This document shows positions 30,558 to 39,123 of a DNA stretch of 64,000 nucleotides, piece by piece. Under the pieces are notes generated by a model that worked only from the letters and a program-made list of their open reading frames with translations, was not told where the DNA came from and searched no databases. The DNA lies in contig JBGUGD010000014.1 in assembly GCA_041697335.1 (NCBI GenBank), positions 64,001 to 128,000 of the forward strand, read 5' to 3'. Position 1 is the stretch's first letter. Each line of letters begins with the position of its first letter. This DNA is from Vampirovibrionaceae bacterium NZW_1234 (GTDB lineage Bacteria > Cyanobacteriota > Vampirovibrionia > Vampirovibrionales > JAGQHJ01). A program made the translations under genes and the position numbers.

Positions 30558-32437
30558 AACGATGATCGGGCTTTTTCGGCTTTGCTGTTGGGCCCAAAGC
30601 TGACTTGCCGCTTGGGCGGATTAAAAAACACGGGCTTTTTACGGGCCGGCATCCACAGCAAGGTGCCAAAGGTAATTAAAAGATACAGCATCAGGAACGT
30701 GGCCATGGCAATCATCACCATCACCTGGGTAACGGAATCCAGATGCGTCACAAAGAGCAGGCCCAAGGCCATGCCCATCACAATCAGCACCGTCTGTCCA
30801 AAGGCCAGGAGCAGAAATCCGGCTTTCACATAACGGGCCAGGGGCTTCCACTCGTCATAATACAAGCGCGTACGTTGGCTGCTACCGGCCACTGCCCGAT
30901 CTTTGCCCGGCAAACCGAGCAGTTGCAGCCCCTCTTTGATGAGGCTGGGGTAGTTCTTGGCGGCATCGGGGCCAAAGAGGCGATCCATCAGATAGGTGCG
31001 CTGCACAAAGTCCTTGGCATATTCCACGGCGATGCCCATAAACTGGATTTGCGGATACAGCGTGGTCGCCACCCCTTCCAGGGTAATCAGGGCCCGGAAC
31101 ATGAAGGTAAAGGACGCTGGCAGCCTGAACGGGTAGTAATACATCACTTCGGCCATCTCATCGGCCAAGTGTTCAAAATTCAGCTGATCGTGAGGGACGT
31201 TATAGTAATTTTCCAAGGCCCACTCGACCAAATGACGCAACTCATCCAAGTCCGCCCCGGGGACAATCATGCCCAGGTCCATCAGGTTTTTCAAAATGGC
31301 GTCCGGACGCTTGTTAACGATATTCAGGAAGGTATTGATCATCTGGACCCGGGTTTCATCCGGAATCCAACCGACCATCCCGAAGTCATAAAAAACGATT
31401 TGCCCCTCGGCGTTTACCACAATATTGCCGGGATGAGGGTCGGCATGAAAGAACCCATCCAACAGCAACTGTTGAAAGTACGACCGCACCAGATTGACAG
31501 AGATCTCATTTCGGGCAAAACCGGCTTCTTCCAGCGTGGCCAAGTCATTTACCTTGGTCCCGGGCAGGTATTCCATCACAATCACCCGACGGGAGGTGTA
31601 TTTCCAGTGAATTTCCGGAATACGAATATGGGGCATATGGGCAAAATTGCGGCGGAACTGATCCGCATTGCGCCCTTCCTGAATATAATCCACCTCTTCA
31701 AAGAGGGTCCGCCCGAATTCATCAATAATATCGACCCATTCCCGGCTCCGTCCCAGCTCGGTGTTGCGCTGCAGGATGCGGGCCACGCGTTTCAGAATGC
31801 TTAAATCCATCATGAACTGCCGGATGAGGTTGGGCCGCTGAACCTTAATCACAGCCAATTGGCCGCTTTTCAGGGTCACCCGGTGTACCTGCCCCAAACT
31901 GGCAGCGGCAATGGGATTCGCATGAAACGTCTCAAAGAGTTCCTCGGGCGCAGCACCCAATTCTTCCTCGATAATGCGCCTGGCCTGAGCCACCGGAAAC
32001 ATGGGGACCTTGTCCTGGAGTTCCGACAGCTCCTCGATGTATTCCTTGCGAATCAAATCCACCCGGGTCGAAAGGGATTGCCCCACTTTAATAAACGTAG
32101 GCCCCAGATAGAGAAGTTTCTCCGTAATTTTTCGCCCATGGTCGTGTCGGCGCAACGATTGTGCCCGATCAATGTCTTCTTCGCCAATGTAGCTCCAAAT
32201 CTGGCTGTCCCACCACACCATCCACAGAATCTGAAGAAAAAAGCCGAAAATCTCAAAAAAGCGCTGTACCGACTCCCACCAGAGCTGAAAGTCCTGGCGA
32301 AAGGTCTGGAAGGTCAGAATCCGATCAACAAGTTCCGGATCGTAGGTCGGGCAACCATTGACCAACCCACTAAAGCGTGAGTTTGCCTGAAGCTTCGATA
32401 CTGTGTCCTTATCGGACGTGGGGTTCGTCGTCACCAT
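30554..32437 (-). CDS. ABC1/UbiB/AarF family atypical kinase
   Basis: LGPTFIKVGQ, PIAAASLGQVH, IKVQRP, FFHADPHPGN, YDFGM; two C-terminal TMs. Confidence 0.93.
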   Translation of the reverse strand: MVTTNPTSDKDTVSKLQANSRFSGLVNGCPTYDPELVDRILTFQTFRQDFQLWWESVQRFFEIFGFFLQILWMVWWDSQIWSYIGEEDIDRAQSLRRHDHGRKITEKLLYLGPTFIKVGQSLSTRVDLIRKEYIEELSELQDKVPMFPVAQARRIIEEELGAAPEELFETFHANPIAAASLGQVHRVTLKSGQLAVIKVQRPNLIRQFMMDLSILKRVARILQRNTELGRSREWVDIIDEFGRTLFEEVDYIQEGRNADQFRRNFAHMPHIRIPEIHWKYTSRRVIVMEYLPGTKVNDLATLEEAGFARNEISVNLVRSYFQQLLLDGFFHADPHPGNIVVNAEGQIVFYDFGMVGWIPDETRVQMINTFLNIVNKRPDAILKNLMDLGMIVPGADLDELRHLVEWALENYYNVPHDQLNFEHLADEMAEVMYYYPFRLPASFTFMFRALITLEGVATTLYPQIQFMGIAVEYAKDFVQRTYLMDRLFGPDAAKNYPSLIKEGLQLLGLPGKDRAVAGSSQRTRLYYDEWKPLARYVKAGFLLLAFGQTVLIVMGMALGLLFVTHLDSVTQVMVMIAMATFLMLYLLITFGTLLWMPARKKPVFFNPPKRQVSFGPNSKAEKARSSF

Positions 32438-32816
32438 GGCTCTTTTCGGTACTGACCATCATTCGTTTCAAGCTGCGGATATCGGCTTTCAGCTCCGCCA
32501 GGTCGGCCCGAAGCTCATTGAGTTCCATCAAATCCCGGTCCACGGTAGCGGTTGCCGCCCCGTTTTCCAATTGCTCCACCTTGCGGGTCAGATTCTGCTC
32601 AAACTGGCTCATGGCCCGCTTAATTTCACCTAACGCCCGATCGGCGTATTCGTCCATGGGGTCCACGTCGGCGGCATATTTCTCGCCGCGCTGGTGATGA
32701 ACCTGCCCATTTTGGCGGCCATTGGCCTTATAGGGCTGCTCGGTTCCAGCCAGGCCGGACAGGATGCCAAACAACCATTTAAAAAAAACACGAAACAGGG
32801 TGCGAAACAACATCAT
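32409..32816 (-). CDS. Hypothetical coiled-coil protein overlapping the ABC1 kinase start
   Basis: Amphipathic N-terminus; C-terminal LNELRADLAELKADIRSLK coiled coil. Confidence 0.65.
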   Translation of the reverse strand: MMLFRTLFRVFFKWLFGILSGLAGTEQPYKANGRQNGQVHHQRGEKYAADVDPMDEYADRALGEIKRAMSQFEQNLTRKVEQLENGAATATVDRDLMELNELRADLAELKADIRSLKRMMVSTEKSHGDDEPHVR

Positions 32817-33000
32817 CGGGGTTAACCTCGTCTCCAGAATTTATTGTGCAGTAAGGGGTCCCATACGGTATTATGCCGCGTTGCATTTAAAATCCAAGTC
32901 CATCAGATTCAGGACATTTGAAAAAAAATCGGTCTTCTGTGTGAGCCATGGGGTGCTTTAACGTGTTCGTCCCAGTGGGGTGCTTCGCACAAAGCAAAGT

Positions 33001-33033
33001 TCAGGAACGCAGCCAAAAATGCTGCGTTCCTGA
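33001..33033. other. Intergenic 13-bp perfect hairpin
   Basis: TCAGGAACGCAGC-CAAAAAT-GCTGCGTTCCTGA. Confidence 0.6.
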
Positions 33034-33702
33034 GAAGAAAACACTCCCAACCAAAACAAATATTGAGCCAGCGTTGTATTCCAGCGCGCCCAAATCCCGC
33101 TCACTCGCAAAACAAATCTATTCAAGCTGCATGGGGTGTCCATCATAACCCTACCACGTACAATCCAACGACAAAATAATCGCTTCTTCCTTAACAGGAG
33201 TAGTAACACCACTGATGCGATTTTGATGCTAGTTTGTAAAAAACTTGTTACATTTGTTTTATTCCATGGCCAACACATTGTCACAGAGGCCTTTTTTCCT
33301 TCTAGTGAACGCTACCGTAACGCCTATCCATCCTCTTGCCATGTGTAACAATTTTGCAAAATTTCGCTTTGCCCCAGGGAGGGGTGGGAATACTTATATT
33401 AGCGAGTCCAAACAATATCAACTCCTCTTTCATCTAGACCAAACTTTTTTCTCCTTCCAAGTGTGGTGCTGTTAGTGTCTGCTAACAGCTTTTTCTTTTT
33501 GTCCAAGGCTATTTTTTCAAGCCTGCCTTGGCATACATCCTTGTTTCTTAAAGCCTCCTGCACGGATGATGGATTGGGATTCCTCTGTCTTTCAGGCACA
33601 ATTTAGATGGTTCCTCGTCACCTGAGGATAGGCGTCTGCCACACGGATGTCCGAGACCCTTCGAAACCATATTATTGTGGAACCCAAGGAGAGACTGATT
33701 TT

Positions 33703-34467
33703 ATGTCATTGACCCGCTTTTTCAGAAACACCCTGGCTGCCCTGTCCATTGGACTCATTGCCTTGCTCCCGTTACCTGCCATGGCCGATGATGAGCTACC
33801 GGCCCAAATCATTCAAGTCCAGGGGAACGGGTCAATTACCACGCAGCCCGATGCCTTTTCCGTCCAAGTCAGCGTGCAAACGGAAGGCAAAACCGTGGAG
33901 GCGGCCCGAAACAGCAACAGCCAAAAAATGAACGCCGTCATTCAGCGCCTGAAAGCCCTGAATATTCCCAACCTGAACCTGAAAACCGCCGGGTTCTATG
34001 TCTCTCCCATTCGCGAATCCGAACGCATGCCGTCGCCGCGCAGCACCAAAACGGATAATATCATTGCCTACCGGGTGGTGAACCAATTGGCCGTCAAGTT
34101 GGAAAATGCCTCACCCGAAGCCCTGAGCACCTATGCCAGCCAGGTTCTGGATACGGCCCTGGCCGCCGGTGCCAACGAGGCCGGGGGCATTAACTTCTAC
34201 CTCAGCAAAAATAACACGGCCCAGCAGGAGGCCCTGGAACTGGCCATCAAACAAGCCCGGCAAATTGCAGATACCGCGGCCAAAGCCGCCGGCGTCAGGG
34301 TAACCGGCATTTACAACATGGAAACCCAGGCCAGCTACATGCCTCTGCAACGGAGTTATGTGGGTGCCGCCATGGCCGAAGCCAAGTCCTACGCACCCAC
34401 CCCGGTGGAAACCGGCGATCTGGAAGTCAGTGCCAGCGTTACCGTGCGCTATATCTTCGCCCAATAA
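33703..34467 (+). CDS. SIMPL/DUF541 (YggE-like) periplasmic protein
   Basis: Signal peptide, IQVQGNGSITTQPD, ALAAGAN, terminal SASVTVRY; ATG 33703 follows AGGAG. Confidence 0.9.
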   Translation: MSLTRFFRNTLAALSIGLIALLPLPAMADDELPAQIIQVQGNGSITTQPDAFSVQVSVQTEGKTVEAARNSNSQKMNAVIQRLKALNIPNLNLKTAGFYVSPIRESERMPSPRSTKTDNIIAYRVVNQLAVKLENASPEALSTYASQVLDTALAAGANEAGGINFYLSKNNTAQQEALELAIKQARQIADTAAKAAGVRVTGIYNMETQASYMPLQRSYVGAAMAEAKSYAPTPVETGDLEVSASVTVRYIFAQ

Positions 34468-34477
34468 AGGTTGCCCT

Positions 34478-34819
34478 TTAATAACAACGCATGATCTGGC
34501 CTGACACCGGAGGCAGATGGGCGTTGCCGTTGGCTTCCAGCGGCAGCATGGAGCCCATCGGTTCCACCGGGCACTCTGATGAAGTCCGAATGGTCCGGTT
34601 CAACCCGGGATTGATGACCGGCCAACTCCCCATCATCGTGCCAACAGGCACTGTATAGTTGGGAAATATCCAGGGTCCCGGAGTCGGGATAAACGGACGT
34701 GCTGACGCTTTGGGACGCATCAGGGGATTGTCATAGTCGTATAAAATTCGCTCCCCACGGGGGCCCTGACCTTTTCGCAAGCGCTCAATCACGCCGCCTT
34801 GATACAAAATTCTCGGCAT
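34478..34819 (-). CDS. Small Pro-rich hypothetical protein
   Basis: 113-aa ORF with an AGGTGG RBS. Confidence 0.55.
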   Translation of the reverse strand: MPRILYQGGVIERLRKGQGPRGERILYDYDNPLMRPKASARPFIPTPGPWIFPNYTVPVGTMMGSWPVINPGLNRTIRTSSECPVEPMGSMLPLEANGNAHLPPVSGQIMRCY

Positions 34820-34899
34820 ACATCCACCTATAGCAAATTATCCACACACACGTACATAGGCATAAAAACACCGTGGGCTGTGCTTTTTCCTAAAACAAT

Positions 34900-36042
34900 C
34901 TAAAGAATTTGTCGGTGTGCGTTTTCGGCACAAATGGCCATATTGTCCTGAACAATCCGCAACAGCGCCTGAGTCCGCTTCTCAGAAGCGCTGGGCAATG
35001 GAAACCGACTCTCCGGGGTCACTGTCGACGCGAGCTCGGGATGGGTTTGGGCGCTAATATTGCCCGGCGTCCACCAGGCCTCTTCTCCAGGTTTAGCGTC
35101 AAGCCGAATGGGTTCGCCCACGTAAATGCTGCCATCGACGCTGTGAGTGCGGTTCGGATAGGCCAACCCCACCGGCACCACATGAACCCGGCCGGTGCGA
35201 TTCAGCAACAGCTGAATCAGTTTCGCCACACCTGGCTGTACCTGGCTTTCCTCCGGGCGCCATCGCGCCAGCCAGCCTCGCTTGCCTTCGGGAAATAAAA
35301 AAACGTGGGCCTGGTTTTGCCGAAACTGCGTTATCAATGGCCTCAGCACCCGACTGTTCTCCCGGGCCCGATCGGGGGTGGGTGTCACACTGGCATCGAT
35401 GCCAATCGCGCCGAGTTTTTCCATGATCTGTTGTACCTTGGGCGCATGCCCCTTCAAGATAGCCTGATTCACCAATATCTTGGGCCGGGGGCAGGTTTCC
35501 AAGCGACCCGCTTGCGCATAGGTTTCATATAAGGCCTTGATTAACGCATGCAGGGCCTTGGCATCTGCAACCGGATTCTGGTGATTCAGTACAAAGACAC
35601 ACGGTTCGCCTCGATCGACAATGGCCTTTAACCGCCCCGACTCCGTATTGATCTCATACTGGCCTCCCCCAAAGAAAAAGGTTGCCGCCTCCAATACGGT
35701 CGGAACATATAAGGGGGATGACTCCCTTAACGATTTGACCCGGCGGGCCCATTGCTCTATTGTCGAACGATGAGCCGAATAGAACCGGGCATTGAGGGTT
35801 CGCCGAATCCGAATATCAACCCATTGGCTCAGGGATTGCCACCATGACCCCGAAGAGCGGGGTTCTCCTGAAAAGACCACCCCGGTTTTGGGTGTCCTGA
35901 GGGTTGCTGGAGCAAGGGGATGATTGAGCGAGTGCGGCAATACCAAGCCAGCACTCGCCCCTGTCAGCCTCAACAGGGATTTCTTATGACGATCAGGGGG
36001 GCTCGCACCATAAGGTCCCTGTCTCTGCACCAACAGCATCAT
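34900..36042 (-). CDS. Lysophospholipid/glycerolipid acyltransferase-family protein with a long N-terminal extension
   Basis: NHQNPVAD (HxxxxD), LFPEG, VVPVGL, IYVGEPI; ATG 36042 follows GAGGG. Confidence 0.8.
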   Translation of the reverse strand: MMLLVQRQGPYGASPPDRHKKSLLRLTGASAGLVLPHSLNHPLAPATLRTPKTGVVFSGEPRSSGSWWQSLSQWVDIRIRRTLNARFYSAHRSTIEQWARRVKSLRESSPLYVPTVLEAATFFFGGGQYEINTESGRLKAIVDRGEPCVFVLNHQNPVADAKALHALIKALYETYAQAGRLETCPRPKILVNQAILKGHAPKVQQIMEKLGAIGIDASVTPTPDRARENSRVLRPLITQFRQNQAHVFLFPEGKRGWLARWRPEESQVQPGVAKLIQLLLNRTGRVHVVPVGLAYPNRTHSVDGSIYVGEPIRLDAKPGEEAWWTPGNISAQTHPELASTVTPESRFPLPSASEKRTQALLRIVQDNMAICAENAHRQIL

Positions 36043-36129
36043 CTGTCCCTCTTTCCAACACACCACCACACAAAATCCAACGATCGACGTCACTCAATTC
36101 CTATCGACCGGCATGGCCTTTCCCAATTC

Positions 36130-36447
36130 TCAGCTCGTCTTGGTAGGTCCCTCGTCCGGCTTGGGCTTTACCAGGTCGGCAAGCTTGGGCTTTTTGCGCT
36201 CATCCTCGGCCTGCCCTTTACCCAGCCCTAGCAGCAACTGTCCCAGGACGAAAACAATGAGGCCCGGAATCACATACTTGATCGGATTGGGCCAGCCATT
36301 GGTTCGAGCCGCCGTGTAGGCGGCCAATTCCGATCCCACGCCGGCAGAGGTCATTGCCGCGCCCACCGCTTTTTTTCCTTCAGCCGACTTTAACGAAAAC
36401 CGCGCTCCAAATCGGGCCGCTGTCTGCGGCGATACTGATAACGTCAC
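36130..36447 (-). CDS. Small membrane hypothetical protein
   Basis: AGGAGG RBS before GTG; hydrophobic segment; N-terminal AARFGARFS. Confidence 0.7.
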   Translation of the reverse strand: MTLSVSPQTAARFGARFSLKSAEGKKAVGAAMTSAGVGSELAAYTAARTNGWPNPIKYVIPGLIVFVLGQLLLGLGKGQAEDERKKPKLADLVKPKPDEGPTKTS

Positions 36448-36685
36448 GTCTACCTCCTGGTGTTATTACTTGACTCTCACTGTGAACACCCCAAGGGCAT
36501 TCACCTTCCCCAGCCGCCACATTACGGGCAGGCCGAAGCCTGGTCTTACCTTATGTCCATTCAACACCGTTTTTCTCAGTAATACAGAGAGAGAGAGAGA
36601 ACCGTGACCCGTTCAAAACTCGTTTACAACAAACCTTATTTCCCATGCTGCTCAAAACAGGCGCAGAATACCCATTCTTCACTTC

Positions 36686-36728
36686 AAAAAGAAGGTGCAG
36701 GGGGAGCAACCGGGGTCGCTCCTCCTGC
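36686..36728 (-). terminator. Terminator-like hairpin on the minus strand
   Basis: Minus strand GCAGGAGGAGCGACC-CC-GGTTGCTCCCCCTGC then ACCTTCTTTTT. Confidence 0.5.
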
Positions 36729-37339
36729 GGAGTATGCACCACCCACCTGCATTTACATGCAGCACTATGTCAAACTTGTCGATGCCGCTCTGCTGGTCTG
36801 TCACCAACACCCACGGTCTGCCTTTTTCCTGTCCTCACGCGCCCCATAGCCAAGGAACGCCCAACCTAAAATCCCACGGTCTAGCTTGTTGCATCTTGCC
36901 TGTCTTTACCCAGATGGAAGAGAAGAGGAAGCGGGAAAGCATGCTTTCCCCGACTCTCAGACAGGCGATGCCGAGAAGGCCCGAAGGCATAGTCGGTCAA
37001 AAATATACGGAATCGCTAAAAGTCTTTGTCGGAATTGTCCAACACCACCATTCACCTGACAAACACCCATACTGGGTTTACCGTGCGCCCTATCAGCGCG
37101 ATTACAATTCAACATCACATTCACATTCCCAATCATTATTCACCCAACCTACTGTCGTACTTATGTTGTTCATCTTGATACGACTTTATAAAAACCGGTG
37201 ATGGGATCTTTGTGCTAGAAACTCGCCCTTTTCGTTACATTCGTTTACCATAGTAAAATCCGCTAAAAAGTCACCTGGCCTAAATTAGCGACGCCACGCG
37301 GTGTTACGTCAGTACTACCAAAACTCGGTACGAAGGTCC

Positions 37340-38092
37340 ATGATGATTGATATTCCAGGGTTAAACTGGATCTCCCATGCGATGTCGGTGCATTTTATGC
37401 GACGCACCCATGAGGAAATCGCCCCCCACATGCTGCATTCCGGCCAGACGGCAGCGGATGTTCTTCAGACAGCCCAATCGGTTTTCTCCGCCCGAGTCAC
37501 CCTGCAAGCCGCCCCCGACGGCCTCAGCGGACCGTTTTACGATCCCGAGACACGACAAATCTTTTTACCCGAAAGCCTCTTTTCCAGTTCCAGCCTGGCG
37601 GCGGTGGCCCTGGCAGCTCACATTTACGGCCATGCCATGGCCCACCAGTCTCGAAAGCCCCCTCGGCAAACCACCCTTCTGACCAGTTTTACCCGCTTCA
37701 GGCAACAGGCGGACAGGTGGACCAACCGACTGTTTTGGGTGCTTCTGGCAACCATGGCCCTGCTGTTTCTCACCCTGTATGTTCCCGCGCTGGGGGACAC
37801 AGGCTCGACGCTCTCGCTCCTGGCAATGACGATTTGCCTCCTCTTGGGGCTGCCCTTTCTTATCCTGTTATTATTGGGACGAACCAGCCACCTGCTGGTG
37901 AAGCTGGTCATCCTCTGGAATGAACATCGGGCCAACCACTTCGCATACAGCCTGTTACGCCGGGGGCATTTTTTAACCCCGACAGAATACTCGTTGATCC
38001 GCCGGTATCTCAGCCACTACACCTCCTACCGCTACGAGGCAGGTTCCTGCGAAATGACCGCCGAGTCATCCGAAACCCCTTCATCTGTATAA
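37340..38092 (+). CDS. YugP/Zn_peptidase_2-like membrane zinc metallopeptidase homolog, degenerate
   Basis: FYDP..RQIFL...SLAAVALAAHIYGHAMAH, two TMs, NEHRAN third-ligand helix. Confidence 0.7.
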   Translation: MMIDIPGLNWISHAMSVHFMRRTHEEIAPHMLHSGQTAADVLQTAQSVFSARVTLQAAPDGLSGPFYDPETRQIFLPESLFSSSSLAAVALAAHIYGHAMAHQSRKPPRQTTLLTSFTRFRQQADRWTNRLFWVLLATMALLFLTLYVPALGDTGSTLSLLAMTICLLLGLPFLILLLLGRTSHLLVKLVILWNEHRANHFAYSLLRRGHFLTPTEYSLIRRYLSHYTSYRYEAGSCEMTAESSETPSSV

Positions 38093-38146
38093 CGGATTTC
38101 CAGTAGGTCCTCTGGATGGGGTTCTGCCCTCCACAAAATCTGTGGG

Positions 38147-39013
38147 CTAGGGAGCCGCCGGGGGTGATAAGGGCTGCATGGCGGGCTCTGAGGGTTGCTC
38201 CTCATCGGGGTTCGTAATGACTTTCCCGGTGACCGACAAGACCGGCCCGGAAGGATCATGACCGATAATCACGGGCTTTTCCCTGGGCTGACTCAAGGCC
38301 TCTGCCAGTTGCGCCGAATCAATTTCGGCGCCGGGAAACATCCGGCTGATTTGCTGTTGCACCTTGGCCAAGGACGGCGGGGCTTTGCCAAAGAAATCGG
38401 GAAACACAGACACGGCCACATCGTTGTTATCATCGCGCCCGACCAGAACGGTGTCATAGGTCACGGTCACCGGCGTGCCCATGGGCACCAGATCAAAGAG
38501 TTCCTCGGAATCCCGAATGTGCATGCGAATACACCCATGGGAGCTGAACTGGCCCACAGAGGAGGGTGCGTTGGTCCCGTGGATGCCGTACTCTCCCCCG
38601 TTAAACTCTAAAAACCCTATCCACCGGGTTCCCAGAGGATTGCTCTTCGGGGTCCGGGATCGGCCTGGCGGGGCAAAGGGATTTTCAAACTGCGGATCAA
38701 TCACCTTGCGAATGACACTGTAATTGCCCATGGGCGTGGGAAACTTGGACACCCCAACACCAATCGGGTAGCTTTTAAACACCTGGGTCCCATTGAAGAG
38801 CCACATGGTGCGCGCCGGAATATTAATCACAATATGGGGCTGGGGCAACGGATTCCGGGCCCATGCCAAAGGACCGGAGCCGACGAGGATCATCACCATC
38901 AACACCAGCGCAAGAACACGGACCATAAGGCTGGTGGGGGTGGGAATCCAGAGGGAATGAAATGCCTTTTTCATCATCATCTCGTCGTTACTCTCAGGTG
39001 GGTTCTCAGGCAA
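38147..39013 (-). CDS. L,D-transpeptidase (YkuD domain)
   Basis: YPIGVG..PTPMG, NPLGTRWI, YGIHGTN, SHGCIRM. Confidence 0.93.
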   Translation of the reverse strand: MPENPPESNDEMMMKKAFHSLWIPTPTSLMVRVLALVLMVMILVGSGPLAWARNPLPQPHIVINIPARTMWLFNGTQVFKSYPIGVGVSKFPTPMGNYSVIRKVIDPQFENPFAPPGRSRTPKSNPLGTRWIGFLEFNGGEYGIHGTNAPSSVGQFSSHGCIRMHIRDSEELFDLVPMGTPVTVTYDTVLVGRDDNNDVAVSVFPDFFGKAPPSLAKVQQQISRMFPGAEIDSAQLAEALSQPREKPVIIGHDPSGPVLSVTGKVITNPDEEQPSEPAMQPLSPPAAP

Positions 39014-39123
39014 TCACGAATCTTCTCATATCCAAGGCCGAGGAGCCGTCACTCTATTTTTTACTTTCGGCGAAATTCACCGGTTCTACAGGTCCTTAAC
39101 AGAGAAAACCGAATCCGGTCTTC

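Noticed and set aside
30743..31804. Long antisense ORFs (also 29598-30371, 39982-40827, 46219-47124)
   Set aside because: Shadow frames opposite well-supported genes
32958..33599. Minus-strand ORFs 32958-33284 and 33399-33599
   Set aside because: No motifs or clear RBS; one runs through a perfect hairpin
34838..34846. DnaA box TTATCCACA as a replication origin
   Set aside because: Single perfect box with no cluster and no dnaA/dnaN nearby
36604..37201. ORFs 36604-36849 and 36695-37201 as genes
   Set aside because: Mutually overlapping, atypical composition, no motifs; 36604 has a GA tract upstream so it is not fully excluded
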